Positions 11,591 to 20,112 of a stretch of DNA of 64,000 nt are shown piece after piece. The first letter of the stretch is position 1; every line of letters starts with the position of its first letter. This stretch comes from an uncultured Thermoleophilia bacterium (lineage in GTDB: Bacteria; Actinomycetota; Thermoleophilia; UBA2241). The notes under the pieces were generated by a model. It was given only the letters and a program-made list of their open reading frames with translations. It made no database searches and had not been told where the DNA came from. The position numbers and the translations under genes were made by a program. The DNA is taken from contig CAVQSP010000014.1 in NCBI GenBank assembly GCA_963715985.1, forward strand, positions 320,001 through 384,000, written 5' to 3'.

Positions 11591-11813
11591 CTTCGACAAG
11601 AAGTTCGACGACGGCGTCGAGGACATCATCGACGACATCGACCCCACCAGCTGGAGGAGGCCCAACCGAGAGGTCAGGCGCGTGAACGTCGACTTCCCTG
11701 TGTGGATGGTCGAGTCGCTGGATCGCGAGGCCCAGCGACTGGGCGTCACCCGCCAGGCGGTCATCAAGGTCTGGATCGCCGAGCGCCTGGAGCAACAGGC
11801 GAAAGCGAGCTGA
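11577..11813 (+). CDS. brnA: BrnA-family (CopG/RHH) antitoxin
   Basis: MKASDFDKKFDDG...RRVNVDFPVWMVESLDREAQRLGVTRQAVIKVWIAERL; overlaps the toxin. Confidence 0.88.
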   Translation: MKASDFDKKFDDGVEDIIDDIDPTSWRRPNREVRRVNVDFPVWMVESLDREAQRLGVTRQAVIKVWIAERLEQQAKAS

Positions 11814-11879
11814 CCGGATCGCGCCTCACCCGCCTCTCGCAGTCTGCATATGCCACCCCTGCGAACTCGGTAGTACAGT

Positions 11880-11941
11880 CCTACGCAGAAGTCGGCAGGC
11901 TCACGCAAGCTCATACATGTACTGCCGAAAGCTTGTTAGCG
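11880..11941 (+). other. Candidate attI site, core GTTAGCG at 11935-11941
   Basis: GTT core not preceded by an attC hairpin, just before the first cassette; 6/7 complementary to the first cassette R'' (CCCTAAC). Confidence 0.5.
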
Positions 11942-12014
11942 GTACACCGGTCGTGAGGCCAATGTCCACCACTCGGGTGTTGCGCCCGCCGGGCGCACGG
12001 GGGAGACTGTCGAC

Positions 12015-12245
12015 ATGCGCACCACCGATCTCGAGATCGCCAAGCTCTCCCTCGCTGAGCGCATCCAGCTCGCCGAGGACCTCTGGGACAGCGTCGCCGC
12101 CGAGACCGGTGGGTTGCCGCTCACCGAGGCGCAGACGACGGAGCTCGACCACCGCCTCGCCCAGCTCGCCCGCGATCCTGAGGCCGGCGACCCCTGGGAG
12201 GTCGTGCGCGGGCGCATCCAGGAGCGCCTCGACAAGGCCGGATGA
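12015..12245 (+). CDS. Addiction-module antitoxin (TIGR02574-like)
   Basis: LSLAERIQLAEDLWDSV...ELDHRL...PWEVVR. Confidence 0.85.
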   Translation: MRTTDLEIAKLSLAERIQLAEDLWDSVAAETGGLPLTEAQTTELDHRLAQLARDPEAGDPWEVVRGRIQERLDKAG

Positions 12246-12544
12246 CCCTGCGCCTCGTCGTCCGCGCGGCCGCCGAGGCGGACGTCCTCGAAGCGGCACT
12301 CTGGTACGAACAGCGCTCCCCAGGTCTCGGCACAGAGTTCCTGCGCGCCGTCGACGTCACCCTCGCCGAGATCGCGCGCATGCCCGAACGCTTCCCGCTC
12401 GTCTACTGCGAGTCGCGCCGTGCGCTGCTGCGCCGCTTCCCGTATGGCGTCTTCTTCGTCGCCGCTCCCGATCTGGTCAGCGTGGTCGCCTTCATGCACG
12501 CGCGCCGCGACCCACGCCGCTGGGAGGAGCGCGTCGGTGGATGA
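12242..12544 (+). CDS. RelE/ParE-family toxin
   Basis: AEADVLEAALWYEQRSPGLG...RRALLRRFPYGVFF...HARRDP; ATGA overlap. Confidence 0.88.
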   Translation: MTLRLVVRAAAEADVLEAALWYEQRSPGLGTEFLRAVDVTLAEIARMPERFPLVYCESRRALLRRFPYGVFFVAAPDLVSVVAFMHARRDPRRWEERVGG

Positions 12545-12545
12545 C

Positions 12546-12633
12546 CCCTAACAAACGCATCAACCTGACGGCCACGAGCTACACTGCGGAAGTGAGGGTT
12601 GTTCGCCGCAGGCCTATGCGCAGCACGTTGGGC
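12546..12633 (+). repeat. attC site 1
   Basis: CCCTAAC..CGCATCAACCTG..CAGGCCTATGCG..GTTGGGC. Confidence 0.85.
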
Positions 12634-12654
12634 AAACACCGGTGGAGGTTGGTC

Positions 12655-13134
12655 GTGATCGGACGTCGTCTCCTCGCAGCCTGCGCCGTCGCACTTGCCT
12701 TGTGTGCCGTGCTGCTGCTTTCCGCCTGCGGCTCCGGCAGCGAAGCGACGCCAGGTCCGCAGCCCACTTACGGCACGGCACGCGAGACCGTGGTCGCCTT
12801 CTACGAGGCGCACGCCGAGGGCCGCGAGGCCGACGCCTACGCGCTGCTCTCCGATCTGCATGACCCCAGCCTGACGCTCGACCAGTACGTGGGCGAGACG
12901 CGCTGGCGGCGCGACCTGCAGCTGCAGGAGGTGGGCCCGGCCGAAGCCGAGAGCTCCGCAGGCCGTCCCGAGTACTACGAGAGCCTGCACGACCTGCGGG
13001 AGGTCATGGTCGAGTTCTACCAAGCGCACGACGCGGAGGCCCGCGAGAGCGGAGACGCGACCGAGTTCGTGACGGTCGCGCGGGAGAGCCCGGACGGCCC
13101 TTGGCGCATCGTCGAGATCGGTACGGGGCCGTGA
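12655..13134 (+). CDS. Lipoprotein, NTF2/DUF4829-like (cassette)
   Basis: Signal peptide with lipobox LSAC; ends PWRIVEIGTGP; RBS GGAGG. Confidence 0.7.
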   Translation: MIGRRLLAACAVALALCAVLLLSACGSGSEATPGPQPTYGTARETVVAFYEAHAEGREADAYALLSDLHDPSLTLDQYVGETRWRRDLQLQEVGPAEAESSAGRPEYYESLHDLREVMVEFYQAHDAEARESGDATEFVTVARESPDGPWRIVEIGTGP

Positions 13135-13152
13135 AGGGAGCGGTGGAGTGTT

Positions 13153-13239
13153 GCCCGACAAGCGGATCAAGCTGATTCGTCAAAGCGTCGCGGCAAGACG
13201 GAGCCGCGGCGCTCGCAGCTTATCCGCGGTGCGTTAGCC
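13153..13239 (+). repeat. attC site 2
   Basis: GCCCGAC..GCGGAT(C)AAGCTG..CAGCTTATCCGC..GTTAGCC, with the classic extrahelical base. Confidence 0.9.
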
Positions 13240-13281
13240 CGAACCGATTCTGTCCACACACCCGTAGGGAGACTTCTCGCA

Positions 13282-14028
13282 GTGGACATTCCACGGATAT
13301 TCAACATCACTGAGAGTGCTCACCGCATCCACAACCCGATCACACCCGAGAAGCTTGCCACTCTCGGCGCGGCGCTGCGTCTGGAATCGGGGGTCCGAGT
13401 GCTCGACCTCGGCAGCGGTTCGGGGGAGATGCTGTGCACCTGGGCGCGCGATCACGGCGTCATCGGCACCGGCATCGACATGAGCCGGTTGTTCACCGAG
13501 CAAGCGAGACTCCGTGCTGAAGAACTCGGCGTCGCCGATCAAGTCAAGTTCATCCATGGCGATGCTGCCGGCTATGTCTCTGACGAGAAGGCCGATGTGG
13601 CAGCCTGTGTCGGTGCCACTTGGATCGCTGGGGGAGTTGCCGGCACTATCGAGCTTCTGGCGCGGAGCCTGCGCACCGGAGGGATCATCCTCATCGGCGA
13701 GCCCTACTGGCGGCAGTTGCCGCCGACGGAAGATGTTGCCACGGGGTGTCTTGCCAACTCGATCTCCGACTTTCTCATGCTTCCAGGACTTCTCGCGTCT
13801 TTCGGCCACCTTGGCTACGACGTTGTTGAAATGGTTCTCGCTGACCAAGACGGCTGGGACAGATACGAGGCGGCCAAGTGGCTCACCATGCGCCGATGGC
13901 TTGAAGCCAATCCCGACGACGAGTTCGCGAAGGATGTTCGAGCCAAACTGACCTCGGAACCCGAGCGCTACGCCGCTTACACGCGCGAATACCTGGGCTG
14001 GGGTGTGTTCGCGCTGATGCCGCGGTGA
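13282..14028 (+). CDS. Class I SAM-dependent methyltransferase, YjhP-like (cassette)
   Basis: MDIPRIFNITESAHRIHNP, VLDLGSGSGEMLCTWA; visibly lower GC than flanks. Confidence 0.88.
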   Translation: MDIPRIFNITESAHRIHNPITPEKLATLGAALRLESGVRVLDLGSGSGEMLCTWARDHGVIGTGIDMSRLFTEQARLRAEELGVADQVKFIHGDAAGYVSDEKADVAACVGATWIAGGVAGTIELLARSLRTGGIILIGEPYWRQLPPTEDVATGCLANSISDFLMLPGLLASFGHLGYDVVEMVLADQDGWDRYEAAKWLTMRRWLEANPDDEFAKDVRAKLTSEPERYAAYTREYLGWGVFALMPR

Positions 14029-14108
14029 CGCGTTGGCGCATCCGGCGGATCGTCAACGTCCAAGGTCATTGGCGGTCGGCGTGGGCCCAGATTGGCTACA
14101 CGCGGTCG

Positions 14109-14193
14109 GGCTAACAGAGGCATCAACCTGACGGCCAGAAGGTAAACTGACCAGAAGGCGCCTGCGCCGCAGGTCATGCCTAACACGTTGGGC
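14109..14193 (+). repeat. attC site 3
   Basis: GGCTAAC..GGCAT(C)AACCTG(A)CGGC..GCCGCAGGTCATGCC..GTTGGGC. Confidence 0.9.
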
Positions 14194-14231
14194 ACATCAC
14201 GACGCGGCCACGGGCCACATCGCCTCTGTGT

Positions 14232-14729
14232 CTACGGTGTCTGGGCGCGCGCTTTGATGATCTCGATCGCGGCCTTGCCGGTCATGTGCTCGATGGCGAG
14301 CTCTATCACGCACACTCTCTTCCATTCGCCATCGATCTCGGAATCCGCCGCTTCGAGGTAGTCGGGAGAGTACTTCTTCGCGAGGGATTCGAGGGCGTGT
14401 CTCTTCTCACTGTCCTCTGTGAGGACCCTCGCCCTGCCGAAGACGATGGCACTTCGGAAGTGCGTGGTGAACGTGCTCTGCACAACGTCGTCTGCAGCTA
14501 TCACGCAGAACGAGGCCTTCTCGTTCCGCTCGATAGCATCGATCTTGTGGCCGGCCTTCGCAGAGTGAAGGAAGAGCTTGCCGTCTTCGTAGGCGAAGCT
14601 CAGGGGGACCGCATAGGGATAGTCGTCATCACCGTGTACCGCCAAGACCCCCGAGGTGCAGGACTGCAGCATGGCGATCGTTTCCGTCTCCGGGAGTTCT
14701 TGCCTCTTGCGCCTCATCCCTCTGAACAT
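14232..14729 (-). CDS. Nim-family 5-nitroimidazole reductase / PNPOx-like flavoprotein (inverted cassette)
   Basis: MFRGMRRKRQEL, YPYAVPLSF, HSAKAGHKIDAI, FTTHFRSAIVFGRAR, IEHMTGK. Confidence 0.85.
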   Translation of the reverse strand: MFRGMRRKRQELPETETIAMLQSCTSGVLAVHGDDDYPYAVPLSFAYEDGKLFLHSAKAGHKIDAIERNEKASFCVIAADDVVQSTFTTHFRSAIVFGRARVLTEDSEKRHALESLAKKYSPDYLEAADSEIDGEWKRVCVIELAIEHMTGKAAIEIIKARAQTP

Positions 14730-14847
14730 GGTGCTTCTCTCTCTTCCGTAGTACTGGCCAGTGGAGGCTGGCATCCGGGCGCGCAGCCACGTTCGACAGC
14801 TCACATACTAGCCGAAGCTGTGGCGCCCTGAGGGGGACTGAAGCGAC

Positions 14848-14937
14848 GCATGACAAGCGCATCGAGCAGATTGTTCCGCAGGCTATGATGTCGGCGACAG
14901 CGCAGCGAGCCAACTGCTCATGCGCGAAACGTCAGGC
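14848..14937 (+). repeat. attC site 4 (GAC/GTC)
   Basis: GCATGAC..GCGCAT(C)GAGCAG..CTGCTCATGCGC..GTCAGGC. Confidence 0.85.
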
Positions 14938-14950
14938 CCACGGAGTGCCG

Positions 14951-15730
14951 TTGAAGCGACCGCGTCTCATGGTCCACACTGTGGCCTCAGCCGATGGCCG
15001 GGTGTCGCTCGGCGCCAATCGTACGGGATTCGACGATGTTGGCGACGAGCGCTGGCAGGCGATCTGGGCTTCTGACACCAGCCTGGAGGAGAGTGTTCGC
15101 GCCCTCGTGTCTCGCTATCAGCCCCAGGTGCTGCTTGAGGGCAGCGGCTCGTTCGTAACGGAGGGCGCGAGTCTCTCGGAACTCCCTCCTGCGGAACTCG
15201 GCCCAGCGGAGCTGCATCGGGACTTCCTGCCCGGTGAGGTGGTGCACGCTCCGGACCACCGCGGATGGTTCGCGGTAGTGGATGGACGCGGGCGGATGCG
15301 GGCCGGGGTGAAGGAGTTCCCCGGTTGGGAGGGATGGCGCACGCTTCACCTCGTCTCCCATGCCACCCCGCCCGAGTACCTCGCCTTCCTCAGACGCTGT
15401 GGGATCCCCTACCTCATCGCGGGACGCGGGCATGTCGACCTCGAGCAGATCATGGCGAAGCTGAGGTCCCTCCTCGGCGTCAATTGCGTCGTTTGTACTG
15501 CCGGGAGCAGGCTGAACGGCGCTCTGCTGCGAGCGGGCCTGGTCGACGAGGTGAGCCTCGTGCTTCTGCCGGCGGTGATCGGGGGGTCCGAGACGCCGCA
15601 GCTGTTCCGCTGCGCTGAGCTGGGTCCTTCGGACTCGCCCACTCATCTCGAGTTGTTGTCCGTCGAGGGTGAATCCCAAGGGCGCGTCTGCCTCCGCTAT
15701 CGAGTCGTCGGAACGTCGAGCGAGGCCTGA
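14951..15730 (+). CDS. RibD C-terminal / DHFR-fold reductase (cassette)
   Basis: HTVASADGRV, GSRLNGALLRAGLVDEVSLVLLPAVIGG; stop lies in R'' of attC5. Confidence 0.85.
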   Translation: MKRPRLMVHTVASADGRVSLGANRTGFDDVGDERWQAIWASDTSLEESVRALVSRYQPQVLLEGSGSFVTEGASLSELPPAELGPAELHRDFLPGEVVHAPDHRGWFAVVDGRGRMRAGVKEFPGWEGWRTLHLVSHATPPEYLAFLRRCGIPYLIAGRGHVDLEQIMAKLRSLLGVNCVVCTAGSRLNGALLRAGLVDEVSLVLLPAVIGGSETPQLFRCAELGPSDSPTHLELLSVEGESQGRVCLRYRVVGTSSEA

Positions 15731-15814
15731 CAAGCGCATCAACCTGGCGCGTCTGGGCGCTGCGGTCGTATCCTCCGGCCGCAGCCCGTGCAGGTCATCC
15801 GCGGTGCGTTGGGC
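15725..15814 (+). repeat. attC site 5
   Basis: GCCTGAC..GCGCATCAACCTG..CAGGTCATCCGC..GTTGGGC. Confidence 0.88.
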
Positions 15815-15845
15815 AGAGCGGCGCATGGGTGAGGGTGAGAGGCGT

Positions 15846-16316
15846 ATGCGGACTCAGACGGTAAACGGCCCTTGGTGGGCGGCGCTCACCGTATGGGCCG
15901 TCGTCAACACCGTCAACCTGCTCCAGTCCGTCGGGTTCCTTTCAAGGATTCCGGCTGGCAGCATGGCGACCAACCAGCTGCTCGGCTACGTGATGATCGC
16001 CCTCGCGGCACCGGCGGGGCTCGCTCTCGTCGTGTTCTTGCGCGCTCGGGCAGGCTGGCTGCAATTGAGCGGCCCGATCGTCTACCTCGCCTTCGTCGCA
16101 CTGATGATCATCGTTGACTACGTCTCACCCATCGAGTGGCGATCTCCCGCGCGCTACGAGATCCTGGCGCCATATCTCCTGCTGTTCTTCGGGGCGATCT
16201 TGTTGATGGGCCTTCCCATGTACTGGCGTAGTCGCGCGTTCTGGATGGTGACGGTGGGGACTACTGTCCTATTGCTCGGTTCGATGGTACTCGCGTTGCG
16301 CGGAGGAGTGGGCTGA
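15846..16316 (+). CDS. Hypothetical membrane protein (cassette)
   Basis: About five hydrophobic helices; bounded by attC sites. Confidence 0.7.
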   Translation: MRTQTVNGPWWAALTVWAVVNTVNLLQSVGFLSRIPAGSMATNQLLGYVMIALAAPAGLALVVFLRARAGWLQLSGPIVYLAFVALMIIVDYVSPIEWRSPARYEILAPYLLLFFGAILLMGLPMYWRSRAFWMVTVGTTVLLLGSMVLALRGGVG

Positions 16317-16331
16317 TGCAGCCGGGCTCGC

Positions 16332-16416
16332 GCCTGACAAGGGCATCGAGCAGAATGCCAGAAGGCAGACTGACCTGAGAGGGTATCCGCGCCTGCTCAT
16401 GCCCAATACGTTGGGC
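16332..16416 (+). repeat. attC site 6
   Basis: GCCTGAC..GGGCAT(C)GAGCAG..CTGCTCATGCCC..GTTGGGC. Confidence 0.9.
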
Positions 16417-16490
16417 GTAGCAGGCTCGCAGCGTCTTCCACGGCCGAGGCGGGGTAGTATCCTTGTCGTGATGTCTTAGGGAGGTGAGTG

Positions 16491-16702
16491 ATGTCGGTCG
16501 TCTTTCGAATCGAGTTTGAGCGCGAGACGGACGGGCGCTGGATCGCCGAGGTAGTCGAGCTGCCTGGCGTGTTCGCCTACGGCGCGACCGAGGACGACGC
16601 CATCGCTCGCGTGCAGGCGCTGGCCCTGCGCGTCGTCGCTGACCGGCTCGAGAACGAGGAAGCCGGCGCGAGTATCGGAACATCTCCTTCGCCGCTGCGT
16701 GA
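16491..16702 (+). CDS. hicB: HicB-family antitoxin (apparent frameshift near the end)
   Basis: IEFERETDGRWIAEVVELPGVFAYGATEDDAIARVQALALRV. Confidence 0.85.
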
Positions 16703-16911
16703 GCGACTGGCTCAGCACGCGCGCCAACGCTCGTCCTCGCCGCCCTCCTGCGCATCGGCTGGACGGTCGAGCGACAGACCGGCTCACACAAGGTCCTCTC
16801 GCGCCCGGGCAGGCTCAAGCTCGTCTTCGCCTTCCACGACCGCGAGGGATCGGGCCGCGGATGCTCGCGCGCCACGCCAAGCACAGCGGCCTGAGGCCCG
16901 GGGACCTGTGA
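16699..16911 (+). CDS. hicA: HicA-family toxin (apparent frameshifts)
   Basis: VLAALLRIGWTVERQTGSHKVL..FAFHD..IGPRMLAR..KHSGLRPGDL across frames. Confidence 0.8.
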   Translation: MSDWLSTRANARPRRPPAHRLDGRATDRLTQGPLAPGQAQARLRLPRPRGIGPRMLARHAKHSGLRPGDL

Positions 16912-16921
16912 GAGTGAGCAC

Positions 16922-17009
16922 GCCCAACCAAGCGCATCGTGCAGAACGCCACGGGGTCTGCCGCACGGCGACAGGCACGCCGCGTCTGCCCATGCGCGAT
17001 GCGTCGGGC
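16922..17009 (+). repeat. attC site 7
   Basis: GCCCAAC..GCGCATCGTGCAGA..TCTGCCCATGCGC..GTCGGGC. Confidence 0.8.
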
Positions 17010-17079
17010 ATCACGAGCCGCGTCAACGGTTGCTCACAGTCAGCCGTGGTAGCGGGCCACAGCACCAAGGAGAGCCCTC

Positions 17080-17475
17080 ATGACAGTCGATCGCGAGAAG
17101 GTCAGCAGGATGGCTGCAGCCTACACGGCGGCCTGGAATTCCGGCTCACCAGACGCCGTTGCGTCCTTCTATGCTCCAGATGGGCAGATCGTCATCAATC
17201 GCGGTCAGCCGTGGGTCGATCGCAAAGGCATCTCTGAAATGGCCGCGGGCTTCTTCGCCGACGTGCCAGATCTTCAGTTGACGTGCGACGAGGTGCGTTG
17301 TGCTGGCGATCATGTCGCGTATTTCTGGACCTTTGCCGGGACACACGCAGCCACGAAGAATCCACTTCGAGTCGTCGGCTGGGAAGAGTGGGATCTCGAT
17401 GCCGACTTGAAGGTCATTGCATCGCGGGGTTGGTACGACTCCGCCGACTACGAACGGCAGACCACGGCCAGATAG
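17080..17475 (+). CDS. SnoaL/NTF2-like protein (cassette)
   Basis: YTAAWNSGSPDAVASFYAPDG, WTFAGTH, GWEEW, SRGWYDSADYERQ. Confidence 0.85.
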   Translation: MTVDREKVSRMAAAYTAAWNSGSPDAVASFYAPDGQIVINRGQPWVDRKGISEMAAGFFADVPDLQLTCDEVRCAGDHVAYFWTFAGTHAATKNPLRVVGWEEWDLDADLKVIASRGWYDSADYERQTTAR

Positions 17476-17577
17476 ATGAAGGGCGTTCCCGGCATGGACT
17501 GCATCAATCCCTACGGCGGATCGTAGTAACGCAGAACGCCGCAGAACATCATGACAGCGCGCTCTTGAGGATGTGAT

Positions 17578-17620
17578 GCCCAACCACTCGGTCAAGCGGA
17601 CCCGCCTGCGGCAGTCCGTC
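17578..17620 (+). repeat. Truncated attC (left half only), divergent family
   Basis: GCCCAAC-CACTC-GGTCAAGCGGACCCGCCTGCGGCAGTCCG, with no matching L'/R' arm. Confidence 0.6.
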
Positions 17621-17635
17621 CGCCGGACCGCAGAC

Positions 17636-17962
17636 ATGTCGAAGGACAGTCTTCCGCCAGGCTCACCGTGGAGACCCCATCGTCGTAGGCAGCGCGTAGG
17701 CATGAGACTGTGGCTGGGCTATCTCCCCGGCGTCATCGTGCTCGGTTGGCCACTCTCGAGGGCGCTTGGATCCGGGCTCGCGTACCTGGCCGTTGCACTG
17801 GCCTGGATGGCAGCGGGCCTGCTCGTCCAGTTCTGGGCAGGGTCCTTTCGCTGCCCTCGATGCGGGAACCCCTTCTACCGGAACGGGGGTATCAGGGCTC
17901 GTGGGCACGCAGGTGTGCTCATTGCGGCCTCCTCATATGGGCTGAGTGTCGAGAATGCCTGA
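17636..17962 (+). CDS. Small membrane protein with CPRC zinc-ribbon motif (cassette; possible frameshift)
   Basis: Two TM helices then FRCPRCGNPF; a second CAHC motif in a shifted frame. Confidence 0.55.
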   Translation: MSKDSLPPGSPWRPHRRRQRVGMRLWLGYLPGVIVLGWPLSRALGSGLAYLAVALAWMAAGLLVQFWAGSFRCPRCGNPFYRNGGIRARGHAGVLIAASSYGLSVENA

Positions 17963-18043
17963 CAAGGCGTTCGAGCTGAGTCACGTAGTCGGCGCGCAAG
18001 ACTGTGGCGTGGGCTCTCGCAGCTCAACGCCCGGACGTTGGTC
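17957..18043 (+). repeat. attC site 9
   Basis: GCCTGAC..GGCGTT(C)GAGCTG..CAGCTCAACGCC..GTTGGTC. Confidence 0.88.
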
Positions 18044-18112
18044 ACAGCCTTCTCCACTGGTGGCGTGGGTGCGTTAGTGGTACCGTTCCCAGTAGCATAG
18101 GAGGTAGCGTCA

Positions 18113-18388
18113 ATGGCATCAGTACCCGACATCGTCCCCATCACCGACCTACGCCAGAACGCCTCGGGCGTCATCAAGCGCGCCGCCGACACGCAGCAGC
18201 CGGTGTTCATCACCCAGCGCGGCCGCGCGGCCGCCGTCGTCGTCAGCGCCAGGGCCTACGAGCGCACGCAGCACGAGCTCGAGATCCTGCGCCTGCTCGC
18301 CCACGGCGAGGCCGAGATCGAGGCCGGCATCGGGCACGCGCTCGCCGACGTGCTCGACGAGGCCGACGAGCTGCTCGGCAGGCCGTGA
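18113..18388 (+). CDS. Phd/YefM-family antitoxin
   Basis: IVPITDLRQNASGVIK..PVFITQRGRAAAVVVS. Confidence 0.9.
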   Translation: MASVPDIVPITDLRQNASGVIKRAADTQQPVFITQRGRAAAVVVSARAYERTQHELEILRLLAHGEAEIEAGIGHALADVLDEADELLGRP

Positions 18389-18691
18389 GCCGCGGGGTCC
18401 TCTTCACGCCTGCCGCCCGCGAGCAGTTCCTCGCGACGCTGGCCTACATCGCTGCCGACGACCCGGCCGCGGCGCGAGGTCTGCGCGACCGCGCCGCCGC
18501 CTCACTCTCGCGCCTCGCCGACTACCCCGAGTCGGGCCGCGTGCTGCCCGAGTTCCCGACCTGCCGTTTCGCGAGGTCGTCGTACCGCCGTACCGCTTCT
18601 TCTACCGCGTGAAGGACGACGCGGTCTGGGTCGTCGCAGCCTGGCACTCAGCCCAGCTCCAGCAGAGCCGGAGGATGTTGGGCGGGACTGA
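18385..18691 (+). CDS. RelE/ParE-family toxin (apparent frameshifts)
   Basis: FTPAAREQFLATLAYIAADDPAAA..YPESGRVLPEF/FREVVVPPYRFFYRV..VAAWHSAQL. Confidence 0.85.
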
Positions 18692-18773
18692 CAAGCGGAT
18701 CTGTCGAGGCGCCTGCGCGCGGTATCCTTCAGCCGCGAGCGCGGGCTCGCAGGTCATGCGCGGTGCGTTAGTC
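18686..18773 (+). repeat. attC site 10
   Basis: GACTGAC AAGCGGATC..GCAGGTCATGCGCGGTGC GTTAGTC. Confidence 0.8.
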
Positions 18774-18786
18774 CGAACTCCGGAGA

Positions 18787-19416
18787 GTGGTTGCTGTGTA
18801 CCTCGCCAAACCAGAGGTCCCGACCGGCCAGGGAGTCCTGGTCCTGCACTCGTGGTGGGGCTTGAACGGGTTCTTCCGCGACCTGTGCGACCGGCTGGCA
18901 TCAGACGGCTTCGTCGCACTCGCGCCGGATCTCTACGACGGCAGGACCGCGAGCACCATCGGTGAAGCGAAAGCCCTACGTGCAAGGGTGGGCGCCTCCA
19001 GGAAGGAGTCCGCCTACCGCTACCTCATCCGCATGATCGGCGAGCTCGAAGCGCAGGCTGCCGGGGACCTTGCCCTGCTCGGCTTCTCGATGGGCGGACA
19101 TTGGGCCTACTGGCTCTCTCGGCGCCCTGAGCTTCCCATCTCGAAGACGGTGACGTTCTATGCCGCACGCGACGGGGACTACTCGACAAGCCGCTCAGCC
19201 TTTCTCGCTCACTTCGCCCAGACTGATGAGTGGGTGTCGGCTACCGATGTGCGCAAACTCGAGCGCAGCTTGGCCAAGGCCGGTCGCGAGCATGTGTTCC
19301 ACACCTACGAGGGCACCGGGCACTGGTTCTTCGAGTCCGACAGGCCTGAGTACGACCCTGAGGCCGCGGCGCTCGCATGGGAGAGGACGCATGCCTTCCT
19401 GCGGAGGTCGGGCTGA
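18787..19416 (+). CDS. Dienelactone hydrolase family protein (cassette)
   Basis: VLVLHSWWGLN, ALAPDLY, GFSMGG, YEGTGHWF, AALAWERT. Confidence 0.9.
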   Translation: MVAVYLAKPEVPTGQGVLVLHSWWGLNGFFRDLCDRLASDGFVALAPDLYDGRTASTIGEAKALRARVGASRKESAYRYLIRMIGELEAQAAGDLALLGFSMGGHWAYWLSRRPELPISKTVTFYAARDGDYSTSRSAFLAHFAQTDEWVSATDVRKLERSLAKAGREHVFHTYEGTGHWFFESDRPEYDPEAAALAWERTHAFLRRSG

Positions 19417-19501
19417 CGAGCGCATCAGGCTGACGCGCAGCAAGCGCCGGCGTCGTGTTCTGGGACCGTCGCACGCGCAGCTCATGCGCGGAGCGTTCGG
19501 C
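19411..19501 (+). repeat. attC site 11
   Basis: GGCTGAC..GCGCATCAGGCTGACGCG..CGCGCAGCTCATGCGC..GTTCGGC. Confidence 0.85.
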
Positions 19502-19550
19502 GCACCACGGCCGCCGGCGCTCATAGGCAAGGTGGGGTAGGGAAGACCGC

Positions 19551-19919
19551 ATGGACGCATTGCTCTACGTCGCAGCCGCGTTGACCGGCCTCTGGGGGAT
19601 CGCCCACCTCTTCGCCACTCGCGGCGTCGTGGCCGGCTTCGGCGAGCTCACGGCGGACAACCGCCGCATCATCACCATGGAGTGGATCGTCGAGGGCGTG
19701 GCCTTGGTCTCGCTCGCCTCCCTTGTCGCCGCGGTCACCGCCGTCGATGCGGCCGCAAGGGTCTCCTCGGCGGCCTACGCCGTCGCCATCGCCACGCTGC
19801 TCGTGCTGGCGCTCGTCTCGCTCGCGACCGGCTTTCGGGTCGCCTTCCTGCCCTTCCGCCTCTGCCCCTTCATCTTCACGCTCTCCGCGGTCCTGATCGC
19901 TCTGGGCGCCTGGCGGTGA
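19551..19919 (+). CDS. Hypothetical membrane protein (cassette)
   Basis: Four TM helices; WGIAHLFATRGVVAGFG..DNRRIITMEWIVEG. Confidence 0.75.
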   Translation: MDALLYVAAALTGLWGIAHLFATRGVVAGFGELTADNRRIITMEWIVEGVALVSLASLVAAVTAVDAAARVSSAAYAVAIATLLVLALVSLATGFRVAFLPFRLCPFIFTLSAVLIALGAWR

Positions 19920-19946
19920 CGGGGCGCTCGCCGGCAGCGGGCGGGC

Positions 19947-20036
19947 ACCGAACAAGCGGCATCGAGCTGATGCGCCGCAGGGTCTTCAGCACCCGGGGAG
20001 CGCTGCGTGCGCAGCGTCATCCGCGGTGCGCTAGAC
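19947..20036 (+). repeat. attC site 12
   Basis: ACCGAAC..GCATCGAGCTGATGCGC..GCGCAGCGTCATCCGCGGTGC GCTAGAC. Confidence 0.75.
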
Positions 20037-20064
20037 ACAACAGAAGCCGTGACCGCGGCGTGTA

Positions 20065-20096
20065 CGATACGTTATACTGTACGTCATAGCGTATCG
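20065..20096. promoter_or_regulatory. Imperfect 11-bp inverted repeat around TATACT, probable TA promoter/operator
   Basis: CGATACGTTAT-N10-ATAGCGTATCG directly upstream of a Phd antitoxin. Confidence 0.55.
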
Positions 20097-20112
20097 AACC
20101 ACGGAGGCCCCC

